Source: TPA_inf: Saccharomyces
Lineage: Eukaryota
Length of the DNA stretch: 64,000 bases
Direction: 5' to 3'
NCBI GenBank assembly: GCA_000146045.2
Contig: BK006942.2
Location: 256,001-320,000 of the forward strand
Below the pieces are notes generated by a model, which did not search any database, was not told where the DNA came from, and saw only the letters and a program-made list of their open reading frames with translations. The position numbers and the translations under genes were made by a program. This document shows, piece by piece, positions 21,506 to 33,225 of this stretch. The first letter of the stretch is position 1. Every line of letters starts with the position of its first letter.

Positions 21506-21722
21506 TAGCCGCCCTGTTCTTGTCTTTCTCTCTCCTTCTCTATATATATATATTTACTTAATACAATATCATATTCTCTAGTGTCGTACGAATATTATCA
21601 TTTATTTGCTGGCTTTTGTAGTGAGTATATTTTTTGTAGAGAAAATATAATTACTGGAAGAGAAAAAGCTACTGAAAAAAATTTCGTAACAGTCACCAAA
21701 GGGCAAAGTGAGCAACCCAAAA

Positions 21723-22139
21723 ATGGACGCTACTCAACCGCAATACGAACTATCCGTAGTAACACAATGCCTAAAGTCTGCCATTGACGTCATCCAATGG
21801 TTGATTCCTACTATTACTAAGTTCAGCCAATCACACCCGTTAGTTTTCCAACTATTGTTTATTTTCTTCACATTTTATGTCTTTTACAAGTTGTTGATGA
21901 ACTTCATTACTCTGGTCAAAAGATTCCTGTATTTGACGTTGGTAGTAACATGTATCGGTATTTATATGCGTGGTTCGCAGCAGTTTTTGACTGTGGACCT
22001 GTTGAATTTCTACAATTTCGTCATGTCAAATAGATACTACGCATTTAAAATTTATACTCTGTTTATTAATGCCCTGGAAAGAGAAATCAACACTGTTTAT
22101 CATTTGGCGCAGATGAAAATGGAACAGTTGCTTAAATAG
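21723..22139 (+). CDS. APQ12: Nuclear envelope/ER membrane protein Apq12 (138 aa)
   Basis: The first ATG at 21723 gives MDATQPQYELSVV... with two hydrophobic helices. The track start at 21708 is GTG. The 138-aa length fits YIL040W. Confidence 0.85.
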   Translation: MDATQPQYELSVVTQCLKSAIDVIQWLIPTITKFSQSHPLVFQLLFIFFTFYVFYKLLMNFITLVKRFLYLTLVVTCIGIYMRGSQQFLTVDLLNFYNFVMSNRYYAFKIYTLFINALEREINTVYHLAQMKMEQLLK

Positions 22140-22425
22140 AGCGAAACGCCTCTGCTTACTCGGAACATCTTAAAGTAATTACATATCTTAATTTCTAAAT
22201 ATTCATATAGATAAAGAACGTTTTTTTTGCTAGATTCCTCCCCTAGTCACTATCAAATATTGAGCTATTTTTGGTGACTTGTGTTTTCCAAATTATTCAT
22301 TACAATTGTGACTTGATTTCTGAAGTTTTAAGAAAAATTGCAAACTAAGTTATTACAAGCGATTTATCCGGTCGCGATTGAAGAACTGAAAACAACAGCA
22401 GCAGCATTGTACCAAGAATCCCAAG

Positions 22426-23847
22426 ATGCTCAGGTGTGCGGTCAAGAAGTTTGCATATTTTGCCACCTTCCTCACTATCGTCGCTAATATTTACATCTAT
22501 ACTTATCCATCTTTCCATCCAGAACAGTGTTCATGGAACTGCTCTAACAAGAACGCACCACTACAGAAAGATTTGACTTTTGTGGACAAAGTGAAGAATT
22601 ACTTCAGTGATGTTCGAGAGCAATGGCATGGTAGCCATGCCTCTGCAGGTAACGATGAGGATATTCATATTTTGGCCTTCGGTGATCCTCAGATTAAAGG
22701 CATCTGGCCAAAGACGCCATATGTGTCCCGATTAGATACATACGGTAATGACTACTATCTTGGTCACATCTATGATATGATGCAGCAGAGACTGAAGCCT
22801 CAGGTGGTGACTGTTATGGGTGATCTTTTCTCCAGTCAATGGATCGGTGATTCCGAATTCCATAATAGAACGAAAAGGTATATTAGCAGAATTTTCAAAA
22901 GAGACCCAACTTCTATTGAAAATATCAAACAACAGAACCTCGATGAGAAAGGTCAATATAAGGCGAATTGGCCTGAATGGGGAGACCGTTTTAATGAGAT
23001 TTTAGACAATGTCAAGGAAAACGAGGCTGATAATCAAGAACTTTCTTTTGGGTTTGGTTATGAAAATATCCACTCATGGAATCCAGACTTGGAAGACTTT
23101 TTAATCATCAACATCACAGGTAATCATGATGTAGGTTACTCAGGCGACGCGACTTATCAACATATGACAAGGTTCCACGACCTTTTCGGTAAGGACAACT
23201 ATTGGATTGAATACGAAACCAACACTACCCATCCTTGGAGAATTGTAGTGTTGAATGATCTTTTACTAGAAGGTCCCGCTTTACAACCAGAATTTGTTGA
23301 AGCTACTTGGATCTTTTTAAACCAACTAAATGAACGTAAATTCAATGGTAGTACTGTTTTGTTGACGCATGTTCCATTTTACAAGCGTGAAGGGTTATGC
23401 GTTGATGGCCCAGACACTAGGTATTATCCAGATGCCCATGCCCCAGAATCATATAAATCTGGGCTTTTGAGATCCCAAAATCATTTGAGTGAATCCGTTT
23501 CAAATCAAGTTTTGAATATGATATTTGAAAATGGGAAGCCAGGTATCATATTAACTGGTCATGACCATGAGGGCTGTGAAACAGTTTATAATAAAAAATC
23601 TACATCTACTTGGGAAGCGACTAAAAATATCGAAAGTGACGTTTTCGTTAAAGAAATCACAGTTAAGTCTATGATGGGTGAATTTAATGGGAATACTGGT
23701 TTGGTTACAGGACACTTCAACACAGATTCAATGACTTGGGAGTGGACTTTCAGTTTATGCCCATTCGCTATTCAACATGTTTGGTGGTTCGCTAAAGTGT
23801 CCCTGCTCGTCACCATATTCACTTGGTCCTCGCTACTATTTGTCTAA
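22426..23847 (+). CDS. TED1: ER metallophosphoesterase-domain protein Ted1 (473 aa)
   Basis: ATG at 22426. Calcineurin-like phosphoesterase motifs (GDPQ..., GNHD, GHDHEGC) and a C-terminal TM segment are present. The 473-aa length fits YIL039W. Confidence 0.88.
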   Translation: MLRCAVKKFAYFATFLTIVANIYIYTYPSFHPEQCSWNCSNKNAPLQKDLTFVDKVKNYFSDVREQWHGSHASAGNDEDIHILAFGDPQIKGIWPKTPYVSRLDTYGNDYYLGHIYDMMQQRLKPQVVTVMGDLFSSQWIGDSEFHNRTKRYISRIFKRDPTSIENIKQQNLDEKGQYKANWPEWGDRFNEILDNVKENEADNQELSFGFGYENIHSWNPDLEDFLIINITGNHDVGYSGDATYQHMTRFHDLFGKDNYWIEYETNTTHPWRIVVLNDLLLEGPALQPEFVEATWIFLNQLNERKFNGSTVLLTHVPFYKREGLCVDGPDTRYYPDAHAPESYKSGLLRSQNHLSESVSNQVLNMIFENGKPGIILTGHDHEGCETVYNKKSTSTWEATKNIESDVFVKEITVKSMMGEFNGNTGLVTGHFNTDSMTWEWTFSLCPFAIQHVWWFAKVSLLVTIFTWSSLLFV

Positions 23848-24141
23848 ACAAAAAAGAGTAAAGAAGATAAAACTCCTGTATAGAGATTTATATTAAATGT
23901 ATGTATATATATGCATATACTGCTCTTCAAATTGCTTATGTTTTATAAACATTGACATCGGGGTTCCACACATCAAGATAATCATTATAATACCTTAGAT
24001 TGTAAAATGTTTACTTACTACTTTAAAATAACTATAAATAAAATTAAAAATCAAATTAAAAATCAAATTATACTGCCATTAGCACTGATTTTTGTTGTTT
24101 TTGTTTTAAAGGGATGCACATTTTTTTTTTTTATGTTATTA

Positions 24142-26652
24142 TCATACACTAATTTTTCCCTGTTTCAATTGTTTCAAGAGCTGCTTGCCGTGAGAAATTT
24201 CTTGTTTTTGTTGTTCTAAAGTTACATTACTCTGATCATTAACATTGTTATTGTCAACACTCACATCACGGACCTCAGACGCTGTATCTACCGGTGGCTG
24301 CAAAAATGAATAATCCAGTCTGAAGTTAATTTTATCAATTACTGTCCAATCGTCCAGTTTAAAAATTTTGTAATCACCAACTTCGCAAATTTCATTAAAA
24401 AACTTGACCTCACCTTGTCTTAAAAACCACATTGTACCATCCTTTGAAACTTTCCAATCCCTCTCATTTAGAATCTTGTATGCAATCTCCCTTTCTAAAG
24501 GAGTAATAGCAAAATAATAGTTATAAAATAACGAAAACATTTCTAAAGTTCTGAAATTTTCTAGAATTTTGGCATAAATTGACGATGAATCTTCTTTCAG
24601 CCTTTCGGAGCCTATAATAATATCACGCAACGAACAACGCATAACGTCCCACTGTTGAGTAGATCTGAATGCATCCAAGGGAGATGGTGGATTAACTCCT
24701 TGCGGTACTTCGACCAGCCTGGAAATTTCACACATATCACGAGACCTTTTGTACGTTATTTTCGATTCAATTTGACTATTATAGAGTTCAGAACTCATTA
24801 TGAATTCTTGCACACCACTTGGTAGAAGTAAAGTTTCAAAATCACTTACAAATTCTTTTTTGATTTCATTTGTCTTAGCTTCTCTTTGTTCCAAGCTTAA
24901 ATATTTCGGTGTGCTTGGTTGTTCTTCTTCCTCTGGCTCCGTCTCTGAATCCCTATCCGATTCAAAATCGTCATCGAATACTCCAAAAGTTGGCACTTGC
25001 AATTTATTTCTTTCTTCTGGTGACTCTTCCTCCTTCTGCTCCATAACCTTCTTAGTTGTGTTCTCAGGCCCATTTTGGTTTACCGTAGTTGCAACTTCAT
25101 GTTCAGACTTTGGATTTGTCGCCAAGGAAACTAAAGGATGATGTGAGGAGCTCATATTTCTATAGAAGGCCTGATTGTTTTGATGCACAGCAGCCGCCCC
25201 AGCAGCCAAAACAGCAGCGGCCGTTGCTGCTGAAGATGATGCGCCGGTATTGTCAGGTTGTAAAGACAAAGATGAAGTAGATAACTTAGGTGTATTCAAC
25301 GCACTACCAATCCTGCTGTTAGCGTTGGATGATGTTGTAGTAGCAGCAGCAGTTGTTGGAGTCTTTGTTGAGGTATTGGATATGGTGGACGATGCAGAAG
25401 TGACTTTTCTATCCTTTTCTACCGCTTGTGATGCAGCAACGGCCCATTTTAATTCACCAGCAGGTTTTGCTGGAAGAGTAGCAGGTTTCAATGTAGTGGC
25501 ACCAGTAATACCGTTTGGAGTTTGATGAATATGTGTATGTACATTTGTTGGAGTTTCTGGTGTAGCTGAACTTGGTGATTTTTGCAATGACGGAAGCAAA
25601 TTATCAGCACTGCTCCTGGGACTCTTTATAGAAGTTTTAACAGCCTCTTCAGGCTTTGTTGCATTATGGATAGGGGAAGATGAAGGACTTCTTTCCGTTT
25701 CTTTTGAAGCATCAGCAACGGGAATGACAGGTGACGGCGTAGAAGAGGGACCAGCAACGGGTATAGCTGCACCTGTTGCATTTTTTGCCGCAAGTTTAGC
25801 AGCCTTTTTGGCTTCTCTTTCCAATTTTCTTTGCTCCTTTTTAGAAAGTTTTGATATGTCCTGCAGAGATTCATTAGCATCCGATGTATTGTTATCTTCA
25901 GCATTTTGTGAAGCAAAATACTGGGCCACCTCATGAGCAATGGCTTCGTTACTCTGTAAATTCAAACCGTCATAAATAGTTTCATCCTCTACGAAATCTG
26001 GATCCTGATTTGACTCCACGAAGTAATTTATATCGTCCTGCACGTTTTTAACATCTTGGGGGTCCAATTCCTCATTGGCTAACAATCTCAAGGCTAACTC
26101 CATCTGCTGTTGATGCCACCTATACCTCGCTTGAAAACGCTTATATTGTTCCTTTTTTTCATCATTTGTCGTAGATGACGTTTTCTTCTTTTTATTAAGA
26201 AGTAAAAGCTTGTCAATTTCCACTTGTAGGGAATCGTATTGCCTTTCCAGCTCATCGATCATTTGGGAAAGGTACTCAGATATATCTCTCCTTTCCCTTT
26301 CTTGCGGGTCTAAAGTCTCTGATTTTTTCAGGCTAATATTAGAGTATGCTTTTTCTTTGGACGCCTTCTCTACAGCCTTATACTTTTCCATCGCTATTTC
26401 TACAGACCTTCTGTAATCTAGAAGAGAATCTTTATCTTTAATATCGGGTGAGCTTTGCCATGATTTTATCTGTTCCCTTAGCCTTTGCAGCTTTTTGACT
26501 TCTCTTTTTAAATCCGACTCTAGCTTGTCCTTTTGGGAAGGATTGTTTGTGCATGATTCATGTCTTTCGTAATAGCTATTGAAGATTTCTAAACCTTCGT
26601 TAATTTTTTTAAAGACCCTATCGACCTCCTGCTGTAATTTTCTATGAGCCAT
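24142..26652 (-). CDS. NOT3: CCR4-NOT complex subunit Not3 (836 aa)
   Basis: ATG (cat at 26650-26652). The N-terminal Not3/5 coiled-coil region is MAHRKLQQEVDRVFKKINEGLEIFNSYYE... It is followed by a long S/T/A-rich low-complexity middle and a C-terminal NOT-box. Length matches YIL038C. Confidence 0.93.
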   Translation of the reverse strand: MAHRKLQQEVDRVFKKINEGLEIFNSYYERHESCTNNPSQKDKLESDLKREVKKLQRLREQIKSWQSSPDIKDKDSLLDYRRSVEIAMEKYKAVEKASKEKAYSNISLKKSETLDPQERERRDISEYLSQMIDELERQYDSLQVEIDKLLLLNKKKKTSSTTNDEKKEQYKRFQARYRWHQQQMELALRLLANEELDPQDVKNVQDDINYFVESNQDPDFVEDETIYDGLNLQSNEAIAHEVAQYFASQNAEDNNTSDANESLQDISKLSKKEQRKLEREAKKAAKLAAKNATGAAIPVAGPSSTPSPVIPVADASKETERSPSSSPIHNATKPEEAVKTSIKSPRSSADNLLPSLQKSPSSATPETPTNVHTHIHQTPNGITGATTLKPATLPAKPAGELKWAVAASQAVEKDRKVTSASSTISNTSTKTPTTAAATTTSSNANSRIGSALNTPKLSTSSLSLQPDNTGASSSAATAAAVLAAGAAAVHQNNQAFYRNMSSSHHPLVSLATNPKSEHEVATTVNQNGPENTTKKVMEQKEEESPEERNKLQVPTFGVFDDDFESDRDSETEPEEEEQPSTPKYLSLEQREAKTNEIKKEFVSDFETLLLPSGVQEFIMSSELYNSQIESKITYKRSRDMCEISRLVEVPQGVNPPSPLDAFRSTQQWDVMRCSLRDIIIGSERLKEDSSSIYAKILENFRTLEMFSLFYNYYFAITPLEREIAYKILNERDWKVSKDGTMWFLRQGEVKFFNEICEVGDYKIFKLDDWTVIDKINFRLDYSFLQPPVDTASEVRDVSVDNNNVNDQSNVTLEQQKQEISHGKQLLKQLKQGKISV

Positions 26653-27028
26653 GTCGATCGACTAAACATACAATGAATCTTCAAAAATCTAAATTTGAAA
26701 ATGAATAAATAAATGTGCTGTAGATAATAGCTTTTGATTTTTTGTCTTGACACAATGAGACTTCTCGTTAAAGTCAAACCAAAAGGAGATGAACAAAAGA
26801 AAGTTCGAAATATCAACAAAATGCTTTAAAAAATGTAGAAGCAAAGTTATTAATAACTTTACAAGCGCCTTAGTCAGTTTATTGATCTGTAGGTCAGTAG
26901 GTTTTAGAGATTACGCACAGATGAAAGTGAATTAAGCTACTATTACATAAAATCAAGGTATCTTTCACAAGTTTTTCACTCAGCGAAAATTGCGAGACCG
27001 CTCGTGGAAGGTGACGATAATACGATAC

Positions 27029-28999
27029 TTACAACTTTAATATTATAAATATAAGCATGTGGTGGAACAATATAGTCAGGCAAACTGCTAAAAGTCCCCA
27101 CTTATAAACAGTGTGTAAAAAGTACGTTTGTTTTTGCTCCTTATCCTTTATTTGGCGTTTTGACAGTGAAGACAATGCCGCTACCGATGCGTTGGTTATA
27201 TTAATTCCTCGATTAATTATACCATATTTTTGAATGTCCAGTGCAAATGAAGAATTTGTATTCGTAACTTCGTATGTCGGTAGGAAATACTGACCCAGGA
27301 ACTCATTAATTGAATCGCTGCCTAACAGAGGCTCAACCTGCAGGTCTATCCCCTGCCAATTTTGAGAACTCTCATTAAGATATTTTTCAAACTGAGTGTT
27401 TGTGTCGTTAACCCAAAGATTTAGGATGTCCGTTGATTGCACTTTCAAATTGGGGTCAGTTTGAAGGCTTAAATTTGCTGTAATGAACTTTTCATTCACT
27501 TCCATTTGGAAATTTTCACACAATAATGATACGCTGTCATTAATGAAACCCTCTATCGTAGTTGTTATATTTCCATCTGTCCAAACTTCCCTTTTGTATA
27601 GCGAAGGTCCCGCTCTTTTGTGGAATGTAGGCAAACTGGGTACTTCAAAGTTTGTTAATCGCGTCACTATCTGCCAATGAATTAATAACATCAAAAAACC
27701 AAACAGCCACAGGTGAGCCCCATTTGAGATTATCCACCAGTTACAGTAAAATAGTTTTGATTTTTTGACTTTTTTGTCATCGATTTTTTCTGGTTCTCTT
27801 TTAAATATTTTTTGATTGATAAGCTTTGTTAATTGGTAGGGAATTGGATAAAGTGTACTGAGATTCAGAGTAGTAATTAAGCTTTTCAAAACTTTGTTGT
27901 ATTTAGTAAAATTGGTTTGTCCTGTCAGGCCATTAATTTGGGACATAACCAGGTTTACTTGCTGATTTTCCAGCTGAAACAGAATTCTTTCGATTGCCAT
28001 GAGCAAAATCACAAATGCAAAGTACATGACTGTGAAAATTATTGTCATTCTCTTACATTTACGGAAAACGTGATTTTTTACTGCACTTAGTACACTGTTT
28101 TCCTCGCTATTTGTTTTCAGAGACCGTTTAATTATTGAAGTAGACGATGTAACCTCGGTACTCCCCCCAGATAAAATGGAAATTTCATTCTGTAAGTTTG
28201 CAGTAAAGTTCCTTTTCAACTGAAGCCAGTCAGTGGAATTTCGTAGAAAATTCAAACTTAAGGTACTAGAGGTATCTAATTGAGTAGAAAAGTCAGTGAT
28301 AGTGCCATTGAAGTTCTGCAATGATTTCAATTTCCTTGAGTAGTTCCCAAAAATACTGTCAAACATGGAGTAATTTAACAGTAGGTTTGATGCCATTTGT
28401 GAAATGGAATCCTTATCAATGGTCATTGCGTCTTCTGATATTTCATTCCATGTGTCATTTATCAGCTGTGATTTAGTGAGTAGTTCGTTAAAAATTGTAT
28501 TGTTTACCTCAAGAACTTCCTTAATCAATTCAGTTTCCAAACTTATTTGGTCGTTGATAAGTTTTTGTTTATTATCCAGTATGTCGTCTGTGTATGACTT
28601 GAATTTTTCTTGCATATCCGTACCTACCGTAGATTCAATACTCCGTAGTTTGCTTTCGAAATACTGATCAATTGTATTATCAATGAATGTTTTATTTAAA
28701 GAGTAACTGTTGGCAGAATATATGGCATGCTGTGTTGTGACTGCTGTCATTGTGGCCGTTGTTGTGGCCGTTGTTGTGGCTGTCGCTGTAGCAGTTGAAA
28801 TAGATGCAAAGGTTGAGACGGTATCATTTCGTTTGACCTGTGCGTGAGACATTTTTGCCATTGTAATGTCAATGACTGAAAAGGAACCCCAAATAGTTAA
28901 AATAACAGAAGTAAAGAATATCAGTAATAGAGGATGGAAAATACAACTAAAAAACCTCTGTGGAAGTGATAAAGGTTTAATTATGTGTACATTGTTCAT
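27029..28999 (-). CDS. PRM2: Pheromone-regulated multi-TM membrane protein Prm2 (656 aa)
   Basis: ATG (cat at 28997-28999). The 656-aa length and position match YIL037C. It has multiple TM segments and many N-glycosylation sequons. Confidence 0.85.
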   Translation of the reverse strand: MNNVHIIKPLSLPQRFFSCIFHPLLLIFFTSVILTIWGSFSVIDITMAKMSHAQVKRNDTVSTFASISTATATATTTATTTATMTAVTTQHAIYSANSYSLNKTFIDNTIDQYFESKLRSIESTVGTDMQEKFKSYTDDILDNKQKLINDQISLETELIKEVLEVNNTIFNELLTKSQLINDTWNEISEDAMTIDKDSISQMASNLLLNYSMFDSIFGNYSRKLKSLQNFNGTITDFSTQLDTSSTLSLNFLRNSTDWLQLKRNFTANLQNEISILSGGSTEVTSSTSIIKRSLKTNSEENSVLSAVKNHVFRKCKRMTIIFTVMYFAFVILLMAIERILFQLENQQVNLVMSQINGLTGQTNFTKYNKVLKSLITTLNLSTLYPIPYQLTKLINQKIFKREPEKIDDKKVKKSKLFYCNWWIISNGAHLWLFGFLMLLIHWQIVTRLTNFEVPSLPTFHKRAGPSLYKREVWTDGNITTTIEGFINDSVSLLCENFQMEVNEKFITANLSLQTDPNLKVQSTDILNLWVNDTNTQFEKYLNESSQNWQGIDLQVEPLLGSDSINEFLGQYFLPTYEVTNTNSSFALDIQKYGIINRGINITNASVAALSSLSKRQIKDKEQKQTYFLHTVYKWGLLAVCLTILFHHMLIFIILKL

Positions 29000-29134
29000 C
29001 TTTGCCGTACTCTTAGTTTTATCGAAAAGTGGTGTAGATTTTCAGCTACTTAAGCCATGTTAGTGTTCTAGTTTTTTGCTTTACATGTTATATAAAGGGC
29101 CAAGATAGCATATGTAAATGTTTTATTACTGGGC

Positions 29135-29141
29135 TGAAACA
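29135..29141 (+). promoter_or_regulatory. Pheromone response element (Ste12 site, TGAAACA) upstream of PRM2
   Basis: An exact PRE consensus about 140 bp upstream of the PRM2 ATG. PRM genes are Ste12/pheromone-induced. A single 7-mer can occur by chance. Confidence 0.45.
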
Positions 29142-29665
29142 TTTTTAAAACATTTTTCAATAATGTGCTGTTATAACCGTACAAGGACGGTTATAATTCT
29201 GAATTAAAATGCTGCACCGAATGAAAATACCAATGTTCTTCCAAACCTATTGGCGAAAATTAAGATAAGCTGTCGCCTCTATAATCAAGAATAATCTCAA
29301 CTATTATAAATATTATTCCCAGAAGTTGAAATTGTGACACATTTGAGTAATATCACCTTACACGGAACATAGTTGCCCCCTTCTCCGAAATTGCTGACAA
29401 TGATAATCGGGGATTCAATGACAATGACAATGAAGGCAAAAGATTTTCATATTGTACTCTTGTTTTTTGAGTTATCACTTTCAAGTACCTTCTTGTTAAC
29501 AGAAATAGAACCGCTATAGAGGTTATCGTGTATACGTATCTGTTGGTGTTTCTAAATCAAAAACTCGCTTTTAAAGCAGTCTTTCAATTGGAAGATTCAA
29601 AAGGATCTAAAAAGATCTAAAGTAGTAAAGAAAAAAGTATAAGCCCACACCTTTTTGGTAGGATA

Positions 29666-31429
29666 ATGTTTACTGGTCAGGAGTATCATTCCGTAGACTC
29701 TAATTCCAACAAGCAAAAAGACAACAATAAACGTGGTATTGATGACACATCAAAGATCTTGAATAATAAGATACCGCACTCTGTTAGTGATACTTCTGCC
29801 GCCGCCACCACCACTTCTACTATGAACAATTCTGCTTTAAGTAGATCCTTAGATCCTACTGACATAAACTATAGCACAAATATGGCTGGTGTGGTTGACC
29901 AAATACATGATTATACTACTTCCAATAGAAATTCTTTAACCCCACAATATTCTATTGCAGCTGGAAACGTCAATTCGCATGATCGGGTTGTTAAACCCAG
30001 CGCCAATTCAAACTATCAGCAGGCTGCATACCTTCGACAACAGCAACAGCAGGATCAGCGACAACAGTCACCCTCTATGAAAACTGAAGAGGAATCCCAA
30101 CTCTACGGTGATATTCTGATGAATTCTGGTGTCGTACAGGATATGCATCAGAATCTGGCCACTCATACAAATCTGAGCCAACTGTCGTCTACCCGTAAGT
30201 CCGCTCCGAATGATTCTACTACAGCCCCGACTAATGCGTCCAACATCGCCAATACGGCTTCTGTGAACAAGCAGATGTATTTCATGAACATGAATATGAA
30301 TAACAACCCACATGCCTTGAACGATCCATCCATCCTGGAAACATTGTCGCCATTTTTTCAACCTTTTGGTGTTGATGTAGCACATTTACCTATGACGAAT
30401 CCACCAATTTTCCAAAGTTCTTTGCCTGGATGCGATGAGCCAATTAGAAGAAGAAGAATATCAATCTCTAACGGTCAAATAAGCCAGCTAGGCGAAGATA
30501 TTGAAACTTTGGAAAACCTGCACAACACACAGCCGCCCCCGATGCCCAATTTTCACAATTATAATGGTCTGAGCCAAACTAGGAATGTATCAAACAAGCC
30601 GGTCTTCAACCAAGCAGTGCCGGTTAGTAGTATTCCACAATACAATGCAAAAAAAGTTATTAATCCCACGAAGGACTCCGCATTGGGTGATCAGAGCGTT
30701 ATTTACTCGAAAAGTCAGCAGCGAAATTTTGTAAACGCGCCATCAAAGAATACTCCAGCGGAGAGTATAAGTGATTTGGAAGGCATGACGACGTTTGCGC
30801 CAACTACTGGAGGTGAAAATAGGGGCAAATCTGCACTTAGGGAATCTCACTCTAATCCTAGCTTCACTCCAAAATCTCAAGGATCTCATTTAAATTTAGC
30901 GGCGAACACACAGGGAAATCCAATCCCTGGTACTACGGCATGGAAGAGAGCAAGATTGTTAGAAAGAAATCGAATTGCAGCTTCGAAATGTAGACAAAGG
31001 AAAAAGGTTGCGCAGCTGCAGCTCCAAAAGGAATTTAACGAAATTAAAGACGAGAATAGAATTTTACTGAAAAAGTTAAATTACTATGAAAAACTAATCT
31101 CTAAATTCAAGAAATTCTCCAAAATTCATTTACGTGAACATGAAAAACTAAATAAAGACTCAGATAATAATGTTAATGGCACTAATAGTAGCAACAAAAA
31201 TGAAAGCATGACTGTGGATTCATTAAAGATCATTGAAGAACTTTTAATGATCGATTCAGACGTTACAGAAGTGGATAAAGATACTGGTAAGATCATAGCC
31301 ATCAAGCACGAGCCATACTCTCAACGTTTCGGAAGCGATACTGACGATGACGATATAGATCTCAAGCCCGTAGAAGGTGGTAAGGATCCAGACAACCAAT
31401 CATTACCCAATTCTGAAAAGATAAAATAA
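29666..31429 (+). CDS. CST6: ATF/CREB-family bZIP transcription factor Cst6 (587 aa)
   Basis: ATG at 29666. A basic region-leucine zipper lies near the C-terminus (...RNRIAASKCRQRKKVAQLQLQKEFNEIKDENRILLKKL...). The N-terminal half is Q/N-rich. The 587-aa length fits YIL036W. Confidence 0.9.
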   Translation: MFTGQEYHSVDSNSNKQKDNNKRGIDDTSKILNNKIPHSVSDTSAAATTTSTMNNSALSRSLDPTDINYSTNMAGVVDQIHDYTTSNRNSLTPQYSIAAGNVNSHDRVVKPSANSNYQQAAYLRQQQQQDQRQQSPSMKTEEESQLYGDILMNSGVVQDMHQNLATHTNLSQLSSTRKSAPNDSTTAPTNASNIANTASVNKQMYFMNMNMNNNPHALNDPSILETLSPFFQPFGVDVAHLPMTNPPIFQSSLPGCDEPIRRRRISISNGQISQLGEDIETLENLHNTQPPPMPNFHNYNGLSQTRNVSNKPVFNQAVPVSSIPQYNAKKVINPTKDSALGDQSVIYSKSQQRNFVNAPSKNTPAESISDLEGMTTFAPTTGGENRGKSALRESHSNPSFTPKSQGSHLNLAANTQGNPIPGTTAWKRARLLERNRIAASKCRQRKKVAQLQLQKEFNEIKDENRILLKKLNYYEKLISKFKKFSKIHLREHEKLNKDSDNNVNGTNSSNKNESMTVDSLKIIEELLMIDSDVTEVDKDTGKIIAIKHEPYSQRFGSDTDDDDIDLKPVEGGKDPDNQSLPNSEKIK

Positions 31430-31789
31430 CAAAGTTTTGGTGAGCACAACGGTGTTTCATTCAAGAATGATAAGGACAACTATATATGTAATATACGTGT
31501 ATAAATACTCGAGCTGCATCCTTTCTTTTCTGCCGTTATTATTTCGTTTAGTTACTACATTTATGGTATAAATTACCTTTAAGACATTATTATTTTGCAT
31601 GTATGAAATTTGCTCGTGTCAACCCCTTAGTCCTCCTTGCCTCTGTTGTATGGAGGAAGCCCTTTAAACCTGTATTTAGTTTTTTAAATCTATTAGAATT
31701 AAGTACAATTGTACAGATGGTAAAAAAAAGTAATCGTTATATCGTTTGTCAGTGATTTTTTTTTTTTTATTTCATTCATTATTTATTTC

Positions 31790-32908
31790 TTATTTTTCAA
31801 TTTGTTCCCTTATTGGGGCAAACCACGGGTGTCCCATCGCTTCCTTAGCAGTTAATCTTTCTTGATGATCATATCTCAAAAGATTGTCAATAAGGTCAAT
31901 AATTTCATCGTTGCCGCTTAAATGTTTATTACCATCATTGATGAATCTATGCCAAGGCTTTCTGATGTATTGGTCCATATCGTAAAATTCTCTCGGTAAG
32001 GTAATTTCATACTTCAACAGGTATTTCTCAAAATCGCTTGTACCAAGTACTTTGACGATCTTGACAAGCTGGTCTGTGTTACTCGTTCCATGGAAAAATG
32101 GCTCTCTTTTAAAGATCATAGAAGCCAACATTGTCCCAAACGACCACAAGTCTAAAGAATAATCATACATTCTGTAGTCAACTAGTAGTTCAGGACCCTT
32201 AAAAAACCTCGACGCAACACGAACATTGTATTCCATATTAACATGATAAAATTCAGCAAGCCCCCAATCTATCAATCGCAATTTTTTATTCTTATGATCA
32301 ATCATTACGTTATGAGGTTTAACATCTCTATGCATTATTCCCATTGAATGACAATAGTCTAAGGCCTTTAATAACTCAAACATATAAAACCTAATTTCGA
32401 GATCGGTTAATTTAGGGTAAAGAATACGGAAGTCCACATTATCTACGTATTCGAAGACCAAAGCCGGAGTTTTTGAGATGGGATCCTTTATTATATCAAA
32501 TAGATGAATTATGTTTGCATGACCATTGTGTGGCTGATCAAAGATATAGGGCCTGATGAATTTTAAAACGTCCTCCTTTTGATTTGTGTAATATTGATCT
32601 TTTTGAAATGGCAAAGTCGTTGGAGGCACTTTTTCGTTAGACAAATCCGTTAAGATTTTGATTTCTCTCTTGATCTTCTTCTTTTTAACTGGTTTCAACA
32701 TCTTAATAACAATTTTAACTTTAGAGTCTAATTTGACACCTTGGAAAACCTCGGAGTATTTTCCTCGCCCAACTTTATTTTCAATTTCATAGTCCTTTGT
32801 ATTTGTGGACCAATCAATTACAGTATTTTCATAATCCCAATATTCCTCGGTTCTTTGTTTATTGATATTCGTATAAACACGAGCCTCTGACCATACCCTG
32901 CATTTCAT
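31790..32908 (-). CDS. CKA1: Casein kinase II catalytic alpha subunit Cka1 (372 aa)
   Basis: The ATG (cat at 32906-32908) gives [27 protein letters not shown]... Protein kinase subdomains are present ([24 protein letters not shown]). The track start is 4 codons upstream and non-ATG. Confidence 0.93.
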
Positions 32909-33225
32909 AGTTCGAATCAAATATTCCTTCTACAACCCCCTATTTTTGTCTGTATATTTGACTTCTTAAGTCCCTATTCAGAAAACTCCTAGTAGGTAAT
33001 TGCAATACACCGAGTATCAACAGTATATGAAGTCCCTTAATCCGTTTTACTACAGGACTGCGAGGTTCGTCTAATTGCTACTGAAATTTTCCAAGCGTTG
33101 GTCATATTTTTGATTTTTCGCTTTTTCTTCAGTGTTCGTTCCGAGTGATTTTTGATAGCGCTTTTCTACCACTTAGTGCTGCTGTATGTATTTATATGAT
33201 ATACCAGCGATACATGTAAATATTT

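Noticed and set aside
24800-25525. Antisense ORFs within NOT3 (24800-25141, 25089-25280, 25250-25525) and CST6 (30068-30385)
   Set aside because: They lie opposite low-complexity S/T/A/Q-rich coding sequence, whose reverse complement is also stop-poor. There is no independent support.
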